Source of the DNA: a virus | IMG/VR virus record: IMGVR_UViG_3300032018_000001 | Location: 1-64,000 of that record | Length of the DNA stretch: 64,000 bases | Direction: 5' to 3' (one strand) | In this document: positions 9,456-18,478 of the stretch, piece after piece | Layout: the number at the start of each line of letters is the position of its first letter | How positions within the stretch are numbered: the stretch's first letter is position 1 | Made by a program: the position numbers and the translations under genes | Notes under the pieces: model-generated | What the model was told of the DNA's origin: nothing | The model's database searches: none | The model's input: the letters and a program-made list of their open reading frames with translations, nothing else

Positions 9456-9764
9456 ATGGAGCAGATTACCTGTTGTATTTGTCATGTCATATTCTATATA
9501 ACGGAAGCGCATAAGCGTAGTCTTTTGGATTCTCATGATGTGTTTTATTGTCCTGCTGGCCACTCTCAGCACTTCACAGGGGAGAGTCCTGCTGGCCACT
9601 CTCAGCGCTTCACAGGGGATAGCGAAGAGGAGCGTCTTAAGCGGGAGTTAGCAGGTGAAACAAAAAGTAAGAATTATTGGCGCACTGAGGCGGAACGGTA
9701 TCGGCGTAGCAAGATAGCATACAGGGGTCTTTTGACAAGAGAGAAAAACAAGGATAGATGTTAA
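9456..9764 (+). CDS. Zn-ribbon/coiled-coil phage protein with an internal 36-bp tandem duplication
   Basis: CCICHVIF..FYCPAGHSQHF; PAGHSQxFTGxS repeated. Confidence 0.7.
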   Translation: MEQITCCICHVIFYITEAHKRSLLDSHDVFYCPAGHSQHFTGESPAGHSQRFTGDSEEERLKRELAGETKSKNYWRTEAERYRRSKIAYRGLLTREKNKDRC

Positions 9765-9781
9765 AATAAAAGGAGAAAAAT

Positions 9782-9961
9782 ATGAGTGCTAAAGTTCACA
9801 AACTTCTCAGAGTAGCATCCCGTGACCGCAGACACACGCAGCGTAGCCACCGTACTAAGCTTAAGCAATGGTGGCACAGCCTTACCAAAAAGGAACGATG
9901 GGCTGCACGTCTCAATATCCTGTCGATGCACCAAGCTGTAATAGGAAAAGCAACGAAATGA
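9782..9961 (+). CDS. Small basic protein (59 aa; not in the ORF track)
   Basis: AAGGAG RBS; MSAKVHKLLR...; ATGA overlap with the HNH gene. Confidence 0.55.
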   Translation: MSAKVHKLLRVASRDRRHTQRSHRTKLKQWWHSLTKKERWAARLNILSMHQAVIGKATK

Positions 9962-10578
9962 TTATGGGTAGACAACCTTTTAATCTTTTAGGTAAAGTGT
10001 TTGGCAAGTTGACAGTTATTGCTGGGCCTATTAGGAATTACAATGGGCGTCCCGCATGGCTTTGTCGATGCAACTGCACACACAGGACTGAATTTTTGGT
10101 AAGTTCTCAGCATTTGCTGCGTAGTGCTAGAGGTACTAAGTGTTGCAGGAAATGCTTTAGTATCAAGCACGGCTTTTCTGGTACTAGCTTGCATGCTATT
10201 TGGACTAAAATGCGTGACCGATGTAATAACAAAAACAACGCCAACTACTGTAATTATGGAGGCAGAGGCATCACAGTATGCAGTAGGTGGAATGACTTCA
10301 GAATTTTTATGCTTGATATGGGCAAGCGGCCCACAAGAAAGCATTCTGTTGACAGAATAAATAATAATGCAAATTACACGCCTGCTAATTGTCGCTGGGC
10401 TACCAGTAAGCAACAACAAAGGAACACAAGAAGAAATATCCATATATCTTATTCCGGAACAACGCTTACTTTTAGTGAGTTTGTTGAAAAGTATAAACTT
10501 AAATATGGAAAAGCATGGTATGGGTTTTCAAAAATGCGCAGTAGTCCTTCGGAATTAATACAGGAGTGTTCATTATGA
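9958..10578 (+). CDS. HNH-type homing endonuclease
   Basis: GKVFGKLTVI..WLCRCNC; HG.SGT.LH.IW..M..RC; YGGRGITVCSRW; SVDRINNNANYTPANCRWAT. Confidence 0.88.
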   Translation: MIMGRQPFNLLGKVFGKLTVIAGPIRNYNGRPAWLCRCNCTHRTEFLVSSQHLLRSARGTKCCRKCFSIKHGFSGTSLHAIWTKMRDRCNNKNNANYCNYGGRGITVCSRWNDFRIFMLDMGKRPTRKHSVDRINNNANYTPANCRWATSKQQQRNTRRNIHISYSGTTLTFSEFVEKYKLKYGKAWYGFSKMRSSPSELIQECSL

Positions 10579-11480
10579 TTTTTTTAGATGGAAATTCTGT
10601 TGCGGCACGCGCATTTTTTGGAACGCACGCGCACGCCGGGACTGTGTTTGATGAAAACTTATTTTCCAGCGCTTTCATCAAAAGTTTACTAAGTATTTTA
10701 AGGCTGGTGAGTTCCTTCGATAGCAGGGTCATTCTTTGCGCGGATTCCTGGAGCTGGAGAAAGCAGATTTTTCCGGAATACAAAGAAAACAGGAATGATT
10801 TGAAAAGCTCGGTGCCCTACAAAGAATACCAAAACTGCTACACTGACATTTGCGCGGAGATGAAAGGCCTGCTTCCTATTGCCGTTTTAAAGCGGGAGCC
10901 GTATGAGGCGGACGATTTGATTGCTTACTATACCATGCGAATGCCGCATAACCCGGAGAAGTTTAACTCTTTCAACACGGCCGTAATTGTAACCACAGAC
11001 ACTGACCTGCAGCAGCTGTACAGACCGCGGCAGATTCAGATTTACAACCATGCTACGGATACGATGGAAAAGGTGGCGGATACCAAAGCGCTGCTCCAGG
11101 TGCTAATCTGCGCCGGTGGCCACGATAACATTCCATCGCTGTCTCCTAAGAAGGATAACGGAAAACCAAAATTCCGTTTTGGCGAGAAGACAATACCTTC
11201 CTACATTGAGTGGGGAAGACCCTGCGGTTTGAATGATGAATTCTGGAAAAAACTGGATGAGCAGGAAAAGAAAAAATTTATGCTGGACTACGCCTTAAAC
11301 AAAAGGCTGGTGGATTTGGAAATGAGCCCAGTACACAAAGAGGAGCTGGGCCTCCCTGACTTTGGGCACTATGAGCCCAGGAACGTAGAACGCTTTTTCA
11401 GGACATATATGAATTATCAATACGAAACTCAGCAGCGGGAGATTCAGGCCTTAATGGAAAGGTTTGGTAGCAATGTTTAA
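10566..11480 (+). CDS. 5'-3' exonuclease / T4 RNase H-like flap endonuclease
   Basis: LDGNS, SWRKQIFPEYKENR, YEADDLIA, TTDTDLQQL, DNIP. Confidence 0.9.
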   Translation: MFIMIFLDGNSVAARAFFGTHAHAGTVFDENLFSSAFIKSLLSILRLVSSFDSRVILCADSWSWRKQIFPEYKENRNDLKSSVPYKEYQNCYTDICAEMKGLLPIAVLKREPYEADDLIAYYTMRMPHNPEKFNSFNTAVIVTTDTDLQQLYRPRQIQIYNHATDTMEKVADTKALLQVLICAGGHDNIPSLSPKKDNGKPKFRFGEKTIPSYIEWGRPCGLNDEFWKKLDEQEKKKFMLDYALNKRLVDLEMSPVHKEELGLPDFGHYEPRNVERFFRTYMNYQYETQQREIQALMERFGSNV

Positions 11481-11907
11481 AAAATTAGCAAAATTATTCA
11501 GCAATCCGGAGCCTTCTTTTCCTACTAACTGTCCTAAATGCAAGGGTCAGTTGTATTTTCCTCAGGTAATAGAGAAGCATCCGCTGCTTGGCACTTACTC
11601 TCCCGTTATTGTCATGTGCGAAAATCATGTAGATGGAGAAAGCTTTAATATCATAGGGACAAAAACCTGTACATACCACGTAGGTAATGTTAAAACTGTG
11701 ATAGCAGGCCGTGTTGTTATGCCTATGAATATGAAAATAGAAGCTGATGACATGATTTGGTTTCGCCCGGATTTATCTGAGTTTTATGATGTTTCTATCG
11801 CTCAGTTTTATCCTCAGTTTATTGGTAAAACTGTGAGTGAGGCCCAAAAGCTTGACATTCATCCGCGGCTCATAGTAGCATCGCGAATATATAAGGCGGA
11901 AGCATGA
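11473..11907 (+). CDS. Hypothetical protein with Cys motifs
   Basis: CPKC..CEN..C. Confidence 0.6.
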   Translation: MFKKLAKLFSNPEPSFPTNCPKCKGQLYFPQVIEKHPLLGTYSPVIVMCENHVDGESFNIIGTKTCTYHVGNVKTVIAGRVVMPMNMKIEADDMIWFRPDLSEFYDVSIAQFYPQFIGKTVSEAQKLDIHPRLIVASRIYKAEA

Positions 11908-12245
11908 GCTTAACAAAGAAGGAAGTAAACGCTTTCCTGGAGTCTGTGTTCGGCTACAAGTGCGAGACTTGGTATGCCTTTCAGATTCAGTGTGACCTGT
12001 ATGAGCACGGTTGCAGCAATATGTCTGCTCCTTCCAAACAGGAGTACTGTCATCGCATTCCAAAAAGAGGAACATTTTTTGATTACGGAATGGCTGGTAC
12101 TAAAAACATGCACTACTATAAGGGCGGAGAGGCCAGACCGGCCGGGCAGCTATTGACCTGTAACTGGAATGCATGTCCCAAATTAAAAAAGTTGATGAAA
12201 GTCAATGCAAACAAAGCAAAAATCGCTCAGAGAAATAACGGATGA
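11904..12245 (+). CDS. Cys-rich hypothetical protein
   Basis: ATGA-coupled ORF. Confidence 0.6.
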   Translation: MSLTKKEVNAFLESVFGYKCETWYAFQIQCDLYEHGCSNMSAPSKQEYCHRIPKRGTFFDYGMAGTKNMHYYKGGEARPAGQLLTCNWNACPKLKKLMKVNANKAKIAQRNNG

Positions 12246-12471
12246 CGGCACGCGCTCTAAGAGGCGCAGGCAGGTCTACGTTTTGATTTCTGAATACCCA
12301 AAGCGTTCAAGGGCGGATATTGCCAAGCTTGGACATCTCAGGCTGGCCAGTGTGTGCGGCCGGGTTAATGAGCTTATTGCGGCCGGTAAGGTCGTGGAGG
12401 TGGGCACTAAGGTTGATGAGGAGACACACAAGACGGTTGCTATTCTGGATTTAACCGCGGACACAAAATGA
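12205..12471 (+). CDS. Winged-helix DNA-binding protein
   Basis: SRADIA..LASVCGRVNELIAAGKVVEVG. Confidence 0.7.
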   Translation: MQTKQKSLREITDDGTRSKRRRQVYVLISEYPKRSRADIAKLGHLRLASVCGRVNELIAAGKVVEVGTKVDEETHKTVAILDLTADTK

Positions 12472-13187
12472 AACGCTACGCTGATAGACTCCTTTTCTTT
12501 TTAAGTAAAGTATCCTACGGTAGTGACGGCTGCTGGTATGCTAAACCAGTATTACGATTTTTTGGTTCTTATTTCAGGTCAAAGACTCTTTCCTACAAGT
12601 TGCATCTTGGTAGAATTAAAAAAGGGTTATTCATTAGGAATAAATGCTTTAATACCTGCTGTATTAATCCTAAACATTTATATCTATCTGGTAGTAGGCA
12701 TTCAACTGTAAAAGACTTAATTGCTAGATTTTGGGCTAAGGTTGATAAGCACGGGCCTGATGCTTGTTGGCCCTGGCTGGCCAGTAAGGATGTTTGTGGG
12801 TACGGAACTATCGGGGAGGGTCACGGATTACTTGGTAATAAAAGAAGTACCAGGATACTTAAGGCTCACAGGTTGTCTTTAGAAATAAAACTAGGACGCT
12901 CTTTAAAACAAGGAATGCAAGCTCTGCATACTTGTGATAATCCTTCGTGTGTTAATCCTGAGCATTTATTTGAAGGAACGCAGCTTACTAATATAAAAGA
13001 TAGAGATACAAAAGGTAGAACGGCTAAAGGAATAATGCTTCCTCATGTGCTGACTGCCCGTGCTGTATTAAGGATACGCCGATTAAAGTATAAAGGTTTT
13101 ACTAATAAAAGAATAGGAGAGCTTGTTTCAGTAGATAGGCATTATGTATCTCAAATAGTAAATAGGAAAATATGGGGGCACATCTGA
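12468..13187 (+). CDS. HNH homing endonuclease (two repeats plus HTH)
   Basis: RFWAKVDK..CWPW; HTCDNPSCVNPEHLFEGT; ends WGHI. Confidence 0.9.
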   Translation: MKRYADRLLFFLSKVSYGSDGCWYAKPVLRFFGSYFRSKTLSYKLHLGRIKKGLFIRNKCFNTCCINPKHLYLSGSRHSTVKDLIARFWAKVDKHGPDACWPWLASKDVCGYGTIGEGHGLLGNKRSTRILKAHRLSLEIKLGRSLKQGMQALHTCDNPSCVNPEHLFEGTQLTNIKDRDTKGRTAKGIMLPHVLTARAVLRIRRLKYKGFTNKRIGELVSVDRHYVSQIVNRKIWGHI

Positions 13188-13864
13188 TTATCTTATCTGA
13201 TGTAGAATTAGTAGTAATAGATTGTGTTTATCCTAAAAAGACTACTAAGGCTTTGTATCATTGTTTGCAGGCTTGTTCCTTTGCCAGCGTTAAATTCTTT
13301 ACCAGTATTCCTATGGGAGATTTTACTGTCTGCGGCGTTCCTGTTAATGTTGTCAAGATACCACACATCGACTGCCTTCAAAAATATTCCCGGTTTGTCA
13401 TTCATGACCTACACAAGCACTTTGATACTGAGCATGTCATGATTGCTCAGGCGGACGGTTTCATTCTCAATCCGGATGCTTGGCAGAAGGAATTCCTGGA
13501 CTTCGATTATATAGGAGCGCCCTGGTGGTGGTACACGGATGGGTACAATGTGGGCAATGGCGGATTTTGTATCCGTAGCAAGCGCTTGATGAAACATCTT
13601 TCCGATACTTATGATGAAACAGAAGCGCGATACGGCCGGGACATCTTTCATCCGGAAGACCATTACATTTGCAGGACAATGCGTAAGAGCCTGGAAGATT
13701 GTTCCGGTTTCACTTTCGCTCCCGGAGAGATAGCAGGCAAGTTCAGCGTGGAGAACGGCCGGTGGAATGGGCAGTTTGGTTTTCACGACTTTGAAACGGA
13801 CATTTCAGCGTGGCCGGGATTTAATGCGTTCAATGTAAATCCCAGCGTAAAGGCGGGAATATGA
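13172..13864 (+). CDS. DUF5672-like glycosyltransferase-related protein
   Basis: QADGF, FDYIGAPW, VGNGGFCIRS, PED, FGFH. Confidence 0.8.
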   Translation: MGAHLIILSDVELVVIDCVYPKKTTKALYHCLQACSFASVKFFTSIPMGDFTVCGVPVNVVKIPHIDCLQKYSRFVIHDLHKHFDTEHVMIAQADGFILNPDAWQKEFLDFDYIGAPWWWYTDGYNVGNGGFCIRSKRLMKHLSDTYDETEARYGRDIFHPEDHYICRTMRKSLEDCSGFTFAPGEIAGKFSVENGRWNGQFGFHDFETDISAWPGFNAFNVNPSVKAGI

Positions 13865-14064
13865 ATGGCGAGTTAAACTACCGTGTTAGGTGCGGAAATG
13901 GGTTACTATCAAAAACAGAAATACTAACCGCTCTTAAAAACGGAAAACTGTATCAGGATTCAGATGGCCCTGGTTATTCTGTTCAGGTTCCTGCCTCCGT
14001 CATATTTTCGGGTAACGATTTGCCTTCTGTCTTTTTCGCTATTGTCAATAAGGCGGGAATATGA
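13861..14064 (+). CDS. Small hypothetical protein flanked by 15-bp direct repeats
   Basis: AAGGCGGGAATATGA at 13850 and 14050. Confidence 0.55.
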   Translation: MNGELNYRVRCGNGLLSKTEILTALKNGKLYQDSDGPGYSVQVPASVIFSGNDLPSVFFAIVNKAGI

Positions 14065-14222
14065 GACAGGTACGAGTGGAATGTCCTGCCTGTAACATGA
14101 GCTTTATCCTTCACTATAGCAAGGATATTGTCACAGCGTTATGCCCTTTTTGCTGGCACGATTTTGGTGTAGAGATAAAAGATGCACCTAAAAAGGAGGA
14201 GCATGCCGAAGAAGAAACTTAG
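14061..14222 (+). CDS. Small zinc-ribbon protein (not in the ORF track)
   Basis: MRQVRVECPAC...LCPFC. Confidence 0.6.
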   Translation: MRQVRVECPACNMSFILHYSKDIVTALCPFCWHDFGVEIKDAPKKEEHAEEET

Positions 14223-14379
14223 TCTGGCTGAATTTTGTGCATTGGCCAAAAATGATGTGGACAAATTCTACGGTATGTGGATTGCCGCTATGGCTGCAAG
14301 CCCTGGACACTATCCCACAAGCATGGACGCCGGGGAGTGGCACGGACAGTTTGAGGCTTACCTGAGCAGTGAAGGATAG
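14203..14379 (+). CDS. Small hypothetical protein
   Basis: AGGAGG RBS; YPTSMDAGEWHGQF. Confidence 0.6.
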   Translation: MPKKKLSLAEFCALAKNDVDKFYGMWIAAMAASPGHYPTSMDAGEWHGQFEAYLSSEG

Positions 14380-14381
14380 CT

Positions 14382-15083
14382 ATGAAAATATTAGTACTCA
14401 CTGCCTGCCTTGGTGAAGGCACCGTAGTAGCCAGCACAAAGCAGGAAGGTTTTTACTCAGGCATTAATCCTGTTGTGTACAACACTGTCGATGAGGTAGT
14501 GGTCACAGATAAAGACTTTCCGCCGCGCCTGAAGGCCATGACTTCGCGGCTGCAGGCGAAGATTCCTAAAATGCTCGGCTATCAGTTGTATCCTGGCTAC
14601 GATTATTACATCTGGAAGGATGCTAATATTTCATTTCAGAAAAGCAATACAGCAGATTGGCTGGTTAGTCGGTGCGGTTTTGCTCATGCAGCCTTCTTTA
14701 GGCACTCAGCCCGCAGTAGAATTCAGGACGAAGCGGATTTTATTGAGCAGGTCATGGCCAGAGGAGACCCGTATCTTGTAAACAGATATTCCGGGGAGCC
14801 CATGCAGGAACAGGTTAAGCACTACAAAGCTAATCCTCTTTTTTCTGATAACCGTCTTTTTGAGTGCGGCGTATTCGTTTACAAAAAAGAAGTGATAACA
14901 AAAAGTGCTCCTAATATCTTGGAGCAGTGGTTTTATCACTGTGCTCGCTGGAGTGTGAATGACCAGCTTAGCCTGCCTTACGTGCTATCTAATAATCAAG
15001 ATTATATCGTAAACACCATCGACAAAAATATATTTGGTAATGAGTACACTTTCTACCATTCAGCACACAGGAAAATAACATGA
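14382..15083 (+). CDS. DUF616/TOD1-MUCI70-like glycosyltransferase
   Basis: AKIPKML, YIWKDAN, FRHS.R, LFECG, DQLSLPYV. Confidence 0.75.
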   Translation: MKILVLTACLGEGTVVASTKQEGFYSGINPVVYNTVDEVVVTDKDFPPRLKAMTSRLQAKIPKMLGYQLYPGYDYYIWKDANISFQKSNTADWLVSRCGFAHAAFFRHSARSRIQDEADFIEQVMARGDPYLVNRYSGEPMQEQVKHYKANPLFSDNRLFECGVFVYKKEVITKSAPNILEQWFYHCARWSVNDQLSLPYVLSNNQDYIVNTIDKNIFGNEYTFYHSAHRKIT

Positions 15084-15637
15084 GCGATAGCAACGTAGGA
15101 AAATGGGATGCTTGGTACAAAGGCCTGTCTGCTAATCCATCATCTTTCAGGTACGGCGATACCTTGACATACCAGCTCGGAGCTAGATTCCTGGAAGACT
15201 GTGAGGTTGTAGAAGACTGGGGCACCGGTGCTGGCGGTTTTCTGCGTTATCGCCCGGATGCTATTGGTGTGGACGGAAGCGATACGCCGCATGCAAAAAA
15301 GAAATTCGTGGATTTGGTAACGTATGAGACGCAGTGCGATGGAATTTTCATGCGGCATGTGCTTGAGCATAATTATGACTGGACAAACATTCTTAAGAAT
15401 GCCCTAACCAGCGCCAGAAAAATATGTATTGTGCTATTCACGCCTCTGAGTGACGGGCCCACCAAAGAGCTTGCTCATAATAAAGCTTACGGCGTTGATG
15501 TTCCGGATTTATCACTGAGCAAAGATGTGCTTATGATAAATTTGAAAACACAGAATTTCGATGTGAAGATTGAGGAATACAAAACACAGACGGATTACGG
15601 AGCAGAGACCGTTTTATATCTAACCCGGACTTACTAA
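15080..15637 (+). CDS. Class I SAM-dependent methyltransferase
   Basis: VEDWGTGAGG, GVDGS, RHVLEH. Confidence 0.8.
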   Translation: MSDSNVGKWDAWYKGLSANPSSFRYGDTLTYQLGARFLEDCEVVEDWGTGAGGFLRYRPDAIGVDGSDTPHAKKKFVDLVTYETQCDGIFMRHVLEHNYDWTNILKNALTSARKICIVLFTPLSDGPTKELAHNKAYGVDVPDLSLSKDVLMINLKTQNFDVKIEEYKTQTDYGAETVLYLTRTY

Positions 15638-16428
15638 TGAAAACTTTTTTACACAACGGCCCGCTGGGCGATATTATCTACGCGCTGCCTTTCATAAAAT
15701 TTATGGGCGGCGGGCTGCTGTATATCGGTAAGAGGGAGTTCCGCGACTTCAACCAAACACCGGATTTGATTTATCAGATTAGGGCTTTAGTAGGCAGTCA
15801 GTTTTACATCAAGGAAGTAGCACCCTACTACGGGGATGAGCATATTGATTATAACCTTGACCCGTTCCGCTGGGAGGCTGGGAAGTTTCCAGCAAAGAAT
15901 CTGGTACAGTGCTACTTTGACGCTCTGGGCGTGCCTTTTAAATTTGACACAGCTACTGCATGGTTTGACATGGGCCCGGCAGGGATAGCATACCCGTGTC
16001 AAGGCATGGTAGTAGGCAGGGACATTATCGTAAGCAACACTACTCGATTTCACGATACAGAGTTTGATTTTTCTGTTCTCAAAGAATACCAGGGACGTTG
16101 TTTATTTTTGGGGTTGCGCGGAGAGTATGACCTTTTTGTTTCTCAGACAGGGCTACAGGACATGATGTACTTTGATGCTACTGGTGCCAGCGACAATGTT
16201 TTCCTGGTATTGGCGCAGACCATAAAGGGTGCCAAGCTTTACATCGGCAACCAGTCATTCCTTACGTCACTTGCTAATGCCATGCAGGTCAACCGCGTGC
16301 TGAAGGTTTTCAAGGCTCAGCCAAACTGCATGTTCTATGCGGACAACTTTCACACGGAATTGACAAAAGACCTTATTGAACACTACGTTTTTGATGGCGA
16401 GCGTTACTGTGACAATGACCACAACTAA
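15637..16428 (+). CDS. GT9-like (heptosyltransferase-like) glycosyltransferase
   Basis: HNGPLGDIIYALP; LAQTIKGAKLYIGNQS. Confidence 0.7.
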   Translation: MKTFLHNGPLGDIIYALPFIKFMGGGLLYIGKREFRDFNQTPDLIYQIRALVGSQFYIKEVAPYYGDEHIDYNLDPFRWEAGKFPAKNLVQCYFDALGVPFKFDTATAWFDMGPAGIAYPCQGMVVGRDIIVSNTTRFHDTEFDFSVLKEYQGRCLFLGLRGEYDLFVSQTGLQDMMYFDATGASDNVFLVLAQTIKGAKLYIGNQSFLTSLANAMQVNRVLKVFKAQPNCMFYADNFHTELTKDLIEHYVFDGERYCDNDHN

Positions 16429-16613
16429 TGACCACAACTACGGAGATTATTCTGGAAAAGCGCAAAATATCATTCCCGGCCCCCCTGACCGTTGGTGATT
16501 TAAAGAGCATACTTTCTGGTTATGAGGATTGTTTGGAGCTGCTGACTCCTTGTGAGGTTTTTATATGCCGCGATAAGGGCGGGCCTTTTAAAATGGAGAT
16601 TAGACACAAATGA
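16428..16613 (+). CDS. Small hypothetical protein
   Basis: LTVGDLKSIL; coupled ORF. Confidence 0.55.
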   Translation: MTTTTEIILEKRKISFPAPLTVGDLKSILSGYEDCLELLTPCEVFICRDKGGPFKMEIRHK

Positions 16614-17362
16614 AACTATCCTACGTTATTCCTGTGTACAACAAAGATGGACGCGGCGTTGACCTGACAAAAAAGGCTATTGCCTCCATAAAGCAGTTCA
16701 CGCAGCTGAGTCCGGATGATTACGAGATTATTCTTATCGACAACGCCTCTCCGGAACACCTTGCAAATTATTCTGCCTTAGACCTCAGGCAGTTTGTGTA
16801 CCAGGATGCCAAGGTTATTTCTCTTCCAAGGAACGTAGGCTTTGGCGCGGCCTGTAACCTTGGCTTCAGGCTGGCGCAAGGCACGTATGTGTGCTGCATG
16901 AATTCTGATGCAGAGCTGGTAGAGGATTCTGCTAACACACTAATTGATTTTATGGAAAACAATGACATTATGGTAGCTTTTCCTGAGCACTACGAAAACT
17001 GCAAACATTACAAGATGGAAAAGGATGAGCGGATAATGTGGCACTGGTATTTTGGTTGTTTTTGGGTTTCAAAGCGTGATTTTATCTACGGACAGTTCGG
17101 CGGCTTTGATGCGGTCAACTTTCCTATGTGCTACTATGAGGACACAGACCTGTGGAGCCGGGTGCTGCAGGCCGGGCATAGAGTAGCAGGCTACCGCGGA
17201 ACGTGGGTAAAGCATGCCGGTAATGCTTCCTGTGTGGGAAACATTCATGAGATTGCCAGTAAGAATAAAGAGACTTATGAGAAAAAGTGGGGCATGTCGC
17301 GGGTTATTCCGCACACGTTGGACAGGGGCGATGTTGTTTCCAGAAAATGCAGGAGTTACTAA
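16610..17362 (+). CDS. GT2 family glycosyltransferase
   Basis: SYVIPVYN, ILIDNAS, NVGFGAACN.G, MNSD, GGFD, YYEDTD. Confidence 0.9.
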   Translation: MKLSYVIPVYNKDGRGVDLTKKAIASIKQFTQLSPDDYEIILIDNASPEHLANYSALDLRQFVYQDAKVISLPRNVGFGAACNLGFRLAQGTYVCCMNSDAELVEDSANTLIDFMENNDIMVAFPEHYENCKHYKMEKDERIMWHWYFGCFWVSKRDFIYGQFGGFDAVNFPMCYYEDTDLWSRVLQAGHRVAGYRGTWVKHAGNASCVGNIHEIASKNKETYEKKWGMSRVIPHTLDRGDVVSRKCRSY

Positions 17363-17557
17363 TGCAGACGGCCTATCAGTATATCCATTTTGTATTGCTT
17401 GCTAATGCTACAAAGAGGAAAACGAGCACATGGCGTTGTGTCAGCCGGTGTCCGGTATCTTGTCACGCAGATGGATGAGCTCTCCCGGCTGGAGACCCGG
17501 CTGCAGGATTTGAACATGGAGAAGGCAAGAAGAGGAGCGTAGCCGTATTAATATGTT

Positions 17558-17674
17558 ATGAGTGAAAAAGCAGTAGGGATTGCTATTACAGTAGTCTTAG
17601 GTATCATAGTGTTTCTTTTTGTGTGGTGGTGCGAAAAGCATTACGGGAAACCTAAAAAAAGAGGTTTAGCTTGA
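17558..17674 (+). CDS. Small single-TM membrane protein
   Basis: MSEKAVGIAITVVLGIIVFLFVWW..; ATG 5 nt after CGTATTAAT. Confidence 0.55.
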   Translation: MSEKAVGIAITVVLGIIVFLFVWWCEKHYGKPKKRGLA

Positions 17675-18465
17675 TTGACAGAATGCCTATTCGTTATTAT
17701 GGTGGAAAATGGAGACTTGCTGACTGGATTATTTCATTTTTTCCTAAGCACGGTCACTATGTTGAACCGTGCGGAGGAGGAGCATCTGTTCTTTTAAAAA
17801 AGAATCCTGCTAAGCTAGAAACATACAATGATTTGGATGTGGAGATTGTGAATTTTTTTTCTGTGTTAAGAAATAAACCTGATGCTTTGGTTGATTCAAT
17901 AAAACTAACGCCGTGGTCGCGTACAGAGTTGGAGATGGCTGCTGAAGATTCTGTACTACATAGTTCTTTGGAGCGGGCAAGAAGATTTTGGATAAAGTGC
18001 TGGCTGTCTATAGGGGGGGCAGGAGAGCCAACATCTTTTAGAATTTCTAAGAAGGTATCAGCAACACCAGCAAGTATTTTAAGAAATGCTGATTACTTGT
18101 ACGCTGTGGCTGACCGTTTTATTGGGGTTCAACTGGAGTGCATTGATGCACTGGATTGCATTGATAGGTATGATGGTGCTGATACACTTATTTATTTTGA
18201 CCCTCCGTATATGACAGACACAAGAAGTCACAAAAAGCAGTATCTTGTAGAATGTGGAGATGCTTGGCATACCTTAGCATCTGTTAAACTCAAAGCCTGC
18301 AAAGCGTTTGTTGTAGTTTCCGGTTATGTTAATGCTGCATATAAAGAACTTTACTGTGATTGGGAACGCTTCGATAAAGACACACTGTGTAATAGTGGCA
18401 CAAAAAATGTTGAAAGTGTTTGGCTAAATCCCAGACTCTCAGAAGAACGCAGAAAAGGTTTGTAA
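17671..18465 (+). CDS. DNA adenine methyltransferase (Dam/D12 class)
   Basis: YYGGKW, YVEPCGGGASV, YNDLD, YFDPPY. Confidence 0.92.
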   Translation: MIDRMPIRYYGGKWRLADWIISFFPKHGHYVEPCGGGASVLLKKNPAKLETYNDLDVEIVNFFSVLRNKPDALVDSIKLTPWSRTELEMAAEDSVLHSSLERARRFWIKCWLSIGGAGEPTSFRISKKVSATPASILRNADYLYAVADRFIGVQLECIDALDCIDRYDGADTLIYFDPPYMTDTRSHKKQYLVECGDAWHTLASVKLKACKAFVVVSGYVNAAYKELYCDWERFDKDTLCNSGTKNVESVWLNPRLSEERRKGL

Positions 18466-18478
18466 TTGTATTAATAGT

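Noticed and set aside
9868-9957. ORF-track 5' extension of the HNH gene
   Set aside because: Overlaps a separate RBS-bearing 59-aa ORF (9782..9961); ATG 9958 in an ATGA overlap is the more likely start
16414-16439. 13-bp tandem duplication AATGACCACAACT at a gene junction
   Set aside because: Real but most likely trivial slippage at a stop/start overlap
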